From the human T2T-CHM13v2.0 reference genome, Homo sapiens, in the NCBI RefSeq assembly GCF_009914755.1, contig NC_060948.1: a DNA stretch of 64,000 nt; one strand, written 5' to 3'. Each line of letters starts with the position of its first letter. Positions within the stretch are counted from its first letter, which is position 1. The notes under the pieces were generated by a model. That model was not told the DNA's origin, searched no databases, and saw only the letters and a list, made by a program, of their open reading frames with translations. Shown piece after piece: positions 56,355-64,000 of the stretch. Position numbers and translations under genes: made by a program.

Positions 56355-56620
56355 AACCTTTGTTTCCGCCCAGAAAGGCAGGGACAGCACAAAGCCAGGA
56401 GCAGGTTTCCAGGTAACAGGTAGGTGGGAGACAGATGGTTGCACTGTTTTGAGTTTCTGATAACCTTTTTTGAAGGAGGAGATCAGATGTGGGTCTATCT
56501 CACTGAGCAGAGGGGTGACTTTGAGTACAATGGGAGGCAGGTTTGCCTGTAGCAGTTCCCAGCTTGAATTTTCCTTTTAGCTTCCTGATTTGGAAGGGGC
56601 CCAAGATGTTTTCCTTCCAC
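56355..56620 (-). mobile_element. MER4A-like LTR fragment (further pieces at ~55450 and ~55790)
   Basis: gagcagaggggtgactttga..gggaggcaggtttgcc..gcagttcccagcttga..ggggcccaagat. Confidence 0.6.
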
Positions 56621-56624
56621 GCTA

Positions 56625-56770
56625 TACGCTGTGGAATATACTACACAGCCATAAAAATGAAGGAAATAAGGTTCTGTGCAGCAACCTGGATGCCGCTGGA
56701 GGGCATTATCCTAAGAGAATTAACAAAGGAACAGAAAACCAAACACTGCAGGTTCTCACTTTGTAAGTAG
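56625..56770 (+). mobile_element. Older L1 (L1PA/PB) 3' fragment
   Basis: ggaatatactacacagccataaaaatgaaggaaat..gcagcaacctggatg..accaaacactgcaggttctcactt. Confidence 0.7.
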
Positions 56771-57120
56771 AAACTGTATATGTATATGTGTATATATATG
56801 TATTTGTATATGTATATGTATATGTATTTGTATATGTATTTGCATATGTATATGTATTTGTATATGTATTTGCATATGTATATGTATATGTATTTGTATA
56901 TGTATACATATATATGCACTCTGTAACATTGATAACACACACTATAAGATTGCTATCCACTATTAGCATCTATATATACATCTATATATATAGTGTGTAT
57001 ATATATTTACACTATATATATCTATACATCTATATATAGTGTATATATATAGTGTGTGTGTATATATATAGTGTGTATATATATATATAGTGTGTGTATA
57101 TATATAGTGTGTATATATAT

Positions 57121-57175
<55 letters not shown>

Positions 57176-57296
57176 TGTGTATATATATACTATAAGATTG
57201 CTGGCCAGGCACGGTGGCTCACGCCTGTAATCCCAGCACTTTGGGAGGCCAAGGCAGGCAGATCACGAGGTCAGGAGATCGAGACCATCCTGGCTA

Positions 57297-57563
<267 letters not shown>

Positions 57564-57830
57564 TCAAGCCTGTCATCCTAGCACTTTGGGAGGCTGAGGC
57601 GGGTGGATCACCAGAGGTCAGGAATTTGAGACCAGCCTAGTCAACGTGGTGAAACCCCGTCTCCACTAAAAATGCAAAAATTAGCCGGGCGTGGTGGCGG
57701 GCGCCTGTAGTCTCAGCTACTCAGGAGGGTGAGGCAGGAGAATCACTTCAACCCGGGAGGCAGAGGTTGCAATGAGCCAACACTCTGCCACTGCACTCCA
57801 GCCTGGGCAACAGAGCGAGACTCTGTCTCA

Positions 57831-58325
<495 letters not shown>

Positions 58326-58449
58326 TCAGGAGGCTGAGGCAGGAGAATCGCTTGAACTCGGAAGGCAGAGCTTGCAGCGAGCCAAGATCGCGCCACTGCA
58401 CTCCAGCCTGGGCAACTGAGTGAGACTCTGTCTCAAAACAGACAAAAAA

Positions 58450-58836
58450 TCCTCCGAGAATCCAATGCTATGGGAATGGTACATGGACGGAACTGGGGAC
58501 TCACAGAGTGGGAAGATGGTTTTACAGCATTTTGGACGTGCTGCCTTGGGGTTTATGTGACAACGTTCAGGCACGAAAAGGAACTGGGAGTAAATCTCCT
58601 GGAGCAATTGGCTCCCATCTGCCATCAAGCCTTTGAACACAGAGACTCATGTGGGGGAAAGTTAGCAGGGCAGTGGCCGCATTAGGCGGTGAGGCTGGGT
58701 CTTCAGAGTCTCCTAGTCCTACCATCATTGGCGTGGAGACTTCCCATCCATGGTGGTGTGGAGTCCCCAGGACAGTCCCCTCTGTCTTTAAATGTCAACG
58801 TGGATCCTGACGTTGACTTTGACAGTGGTGTGTCCA
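58450..58836 (-). other. CRLF2: Probable CRLF2 3' UTR (unique sequence between the stop codon and the next Alu)
   Basis: Non-repetitive sequence after the stop. No AATAAA/ATTAAA; only the variant CATAAA at 58557-58552. The 3' end is uncertain. Confidence 0.6.
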
Positions 58837-59100
58837 TCACAACGCCACGTAGGAGCGGTCATTCATCACAAAGGTGAAGCCCCCGATTGTGACCACATCA
58901 CCACCTTGGAGGGGCTGGTGGGGAAGCTGGAGGGATCCCCCAGAGGCCTCTTTCTCCTCGGTCTGTGGGTCCAGCATCCTGGGAGACTCGGCTTCAGTCT
59001 TGGCCAACTGGACCACCAGGGGCTCCTCAGGGCCACTTTCTTGCTCTGCACCTGCCATCTTGTGGAGGTGGGCCACGTTCTGGGTGTCTGTGATCCACTC
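58837..59100 (-). CDS. CRLF2: CRLF2 (TSLP receptor) last coding exon, cytoplasmic tail EWITDTQNVAHLHKMAG...TIGGFTFVMNDRSYVAL*
   Basis: Translation matches the human CRLF2 C-terminus as I recall it, including the single tail tyrosine in RSYVAL. Acceptor ttcctggtag|GAG at 59101/59100; TGA stop at 58839-58837; phase 0, matching the upstream exon donor. Confidence 0.97.
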   Translation of the reverse strand, partial: EWITDTQNVAHLHKMAGAEQESGPEEPLVVQLAKTEAESPRMLDPQTEEKEASGGSLQLPHQPLQGGDVVTIGGFTFVMNDRSYVAL

Positions 59101-59200
59101 CTACCAGGAAGAACATTCTAGCTCAAACACAGTGGACACACCACACACAGCGTCCTGAGCATCCGTACAGACGGTACCCACCACAGACATCCCTGGACAT

Positions 59201-59247
59201 CTTTCTCTTTCTTTCTCTCTCTTTCTTTTCTTTTCTCTTTCTTTCCT

Positions 59248-59295
<48 letters not shown>

Positions 59296-59360
59296 TCCTT
59301 CTTTCTTTCTTTCCTTTCTTTCTCTTTCTTTCTTTCTCTCTTTCTCTCTTTCTTTCTTCC
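59201..59360 (+). repeat. (TTTC)n microsatellite in the last CRLF2 intron (a second one at 60530-60785)
   Basis: Direct reading of the sequence. Confidence 0.92.
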
Positions 59361-59470
59361 CAAGAAACAACACCATTCCCAATGGAACAGGAAAGCCCTC
59401 TCATCTGGGAGGTCTAAGCCCCTACAAAGCTCTTGTTTGGGGCATCCAGGAGCTCTGACACCAATACCCT

Positions 59471-60290
<820 letters not shown>

Positions 60291-60513
60291 AAAAACCAGG
60301 CGCGGTGGCTCACGCCTGTCATCCCAGCACTTCGGGAGGCCAAGGTGGGTGGACTTGAGTTTGAGACCAGCCTGGACAACATGGTGAAAAAACCCATCTG
60401 TACTAAAAATACAAAAAATTAGCCAGGTGTGGTGGCGGGCGCCTGTCATCCCAGCTACTCAGGAGGCTGAGGCAGGAGAATCATTTGACCCTGGGAGGTG
60501 GAGGTTGCAGTGA

Positions 60514-60996
<483 letters not shown>

Positions 60997-61169
60997 TGAA
61001 GTGAGCCTCCCACCTCGGCCTCCCAAAGTGCTGGGATGACAGGCGTGAGCCACTGCGCCCGGCTGTTAATGTCATTCTCTAAAAAGGTCGCGCTCAGAGA
61101 GATAGGAATGCAGGCAGAGGGGCACCTGCTTGGTGGAGAGGAGAAGAGACACAAGGAGAGGGCGGATAC

Positions 61170-61254
61170 CTGGAAGTTCCCTTGGTGTATCTCAAAGAGC
61201 CCGGGGAAGATGGATTTCGGGTCTGGCACGCTGGGAATGAGAAACTTCTTCACT
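61170..61254 (-). CDS. CRLF2: CRLF2 penultimate coding exon (85 nt), juxtamembrane Box1: (R)[28 protein letters not shown]
   Basis: Acceptor ctctatttcag|AGTG and donor TTCCAG|gtatcc. 1+84 nt joins in frame to the exon at 59100. Proline-rich Box1 motif LIPSVPDP of type I cytokine receptors. Upstream exons lie beyond the window end. Confidence 0.96.
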
Positions 61255-61447
61255 CTGAAATAGAGACGGAGAGTGTGGTCAGGTCGGCCACAGCCCCGCA
61301 GGAAGGGTTGGCAAGAAGCACCTACAGGGCATGGACCCCAGGGACAGACCAAGAATGGCAGAGCGGGGCCTTCCACATGGACACATGTGTCTCCTCCCGC
61401 TCCCCAGGGACCCTGCCTCTGGGGTCCTCATAAAGTTCCCATCAGGA

Positions 61448-62539
<1,092 letters not shown>

Positions 62540-62584
62540 TCATTCCTGAAAGTTTCTATGTTGAAGTTCTAATCACCGACCTCA

Positions 62585-64000
<1,416 letters not shown>

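Overview
This is primate, almost certainly human, genomic DNA from the X/Y pseudoautosomal region PAR1. The only real protein-coding sequence is the 3' end of CRLF2 (TSLP receptor) on the minus strand: an 85-nt Box1 exon (61170-61254) and the last coding exon (58837-59100). The rest is extremely repeat-dense: many Alus (often with tandemly duplicated arms or fused head-to-head), MaLR/ERV LTRs, short L1 3' ends, several minisatellites and kilobase-scale purine-, pyrimidine- and AT-rich tracts. An RPL6 processed pseudogene carries a solo LTR and a 5x208-bp internal amplification and sits next to a three-level LTR nest. Almost all long ORFs in the track are repeat artefacts. I see no evidence of a novel gene system. 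The strongest leads are (i) a recurrent TAA>TCA (TTA>TGA) substitution across unrelated repeat classes, (ii) a 35-bp minisatellite alternating STAT and GATA motifs about 20 kb from CRLF2, (iii) the LTR nest and RPL6 retrocopy, and (iv) several snapshots of tandem repeats being born from transposon parts. Repeat family names come from recalled consensus sequences, not from a database search.
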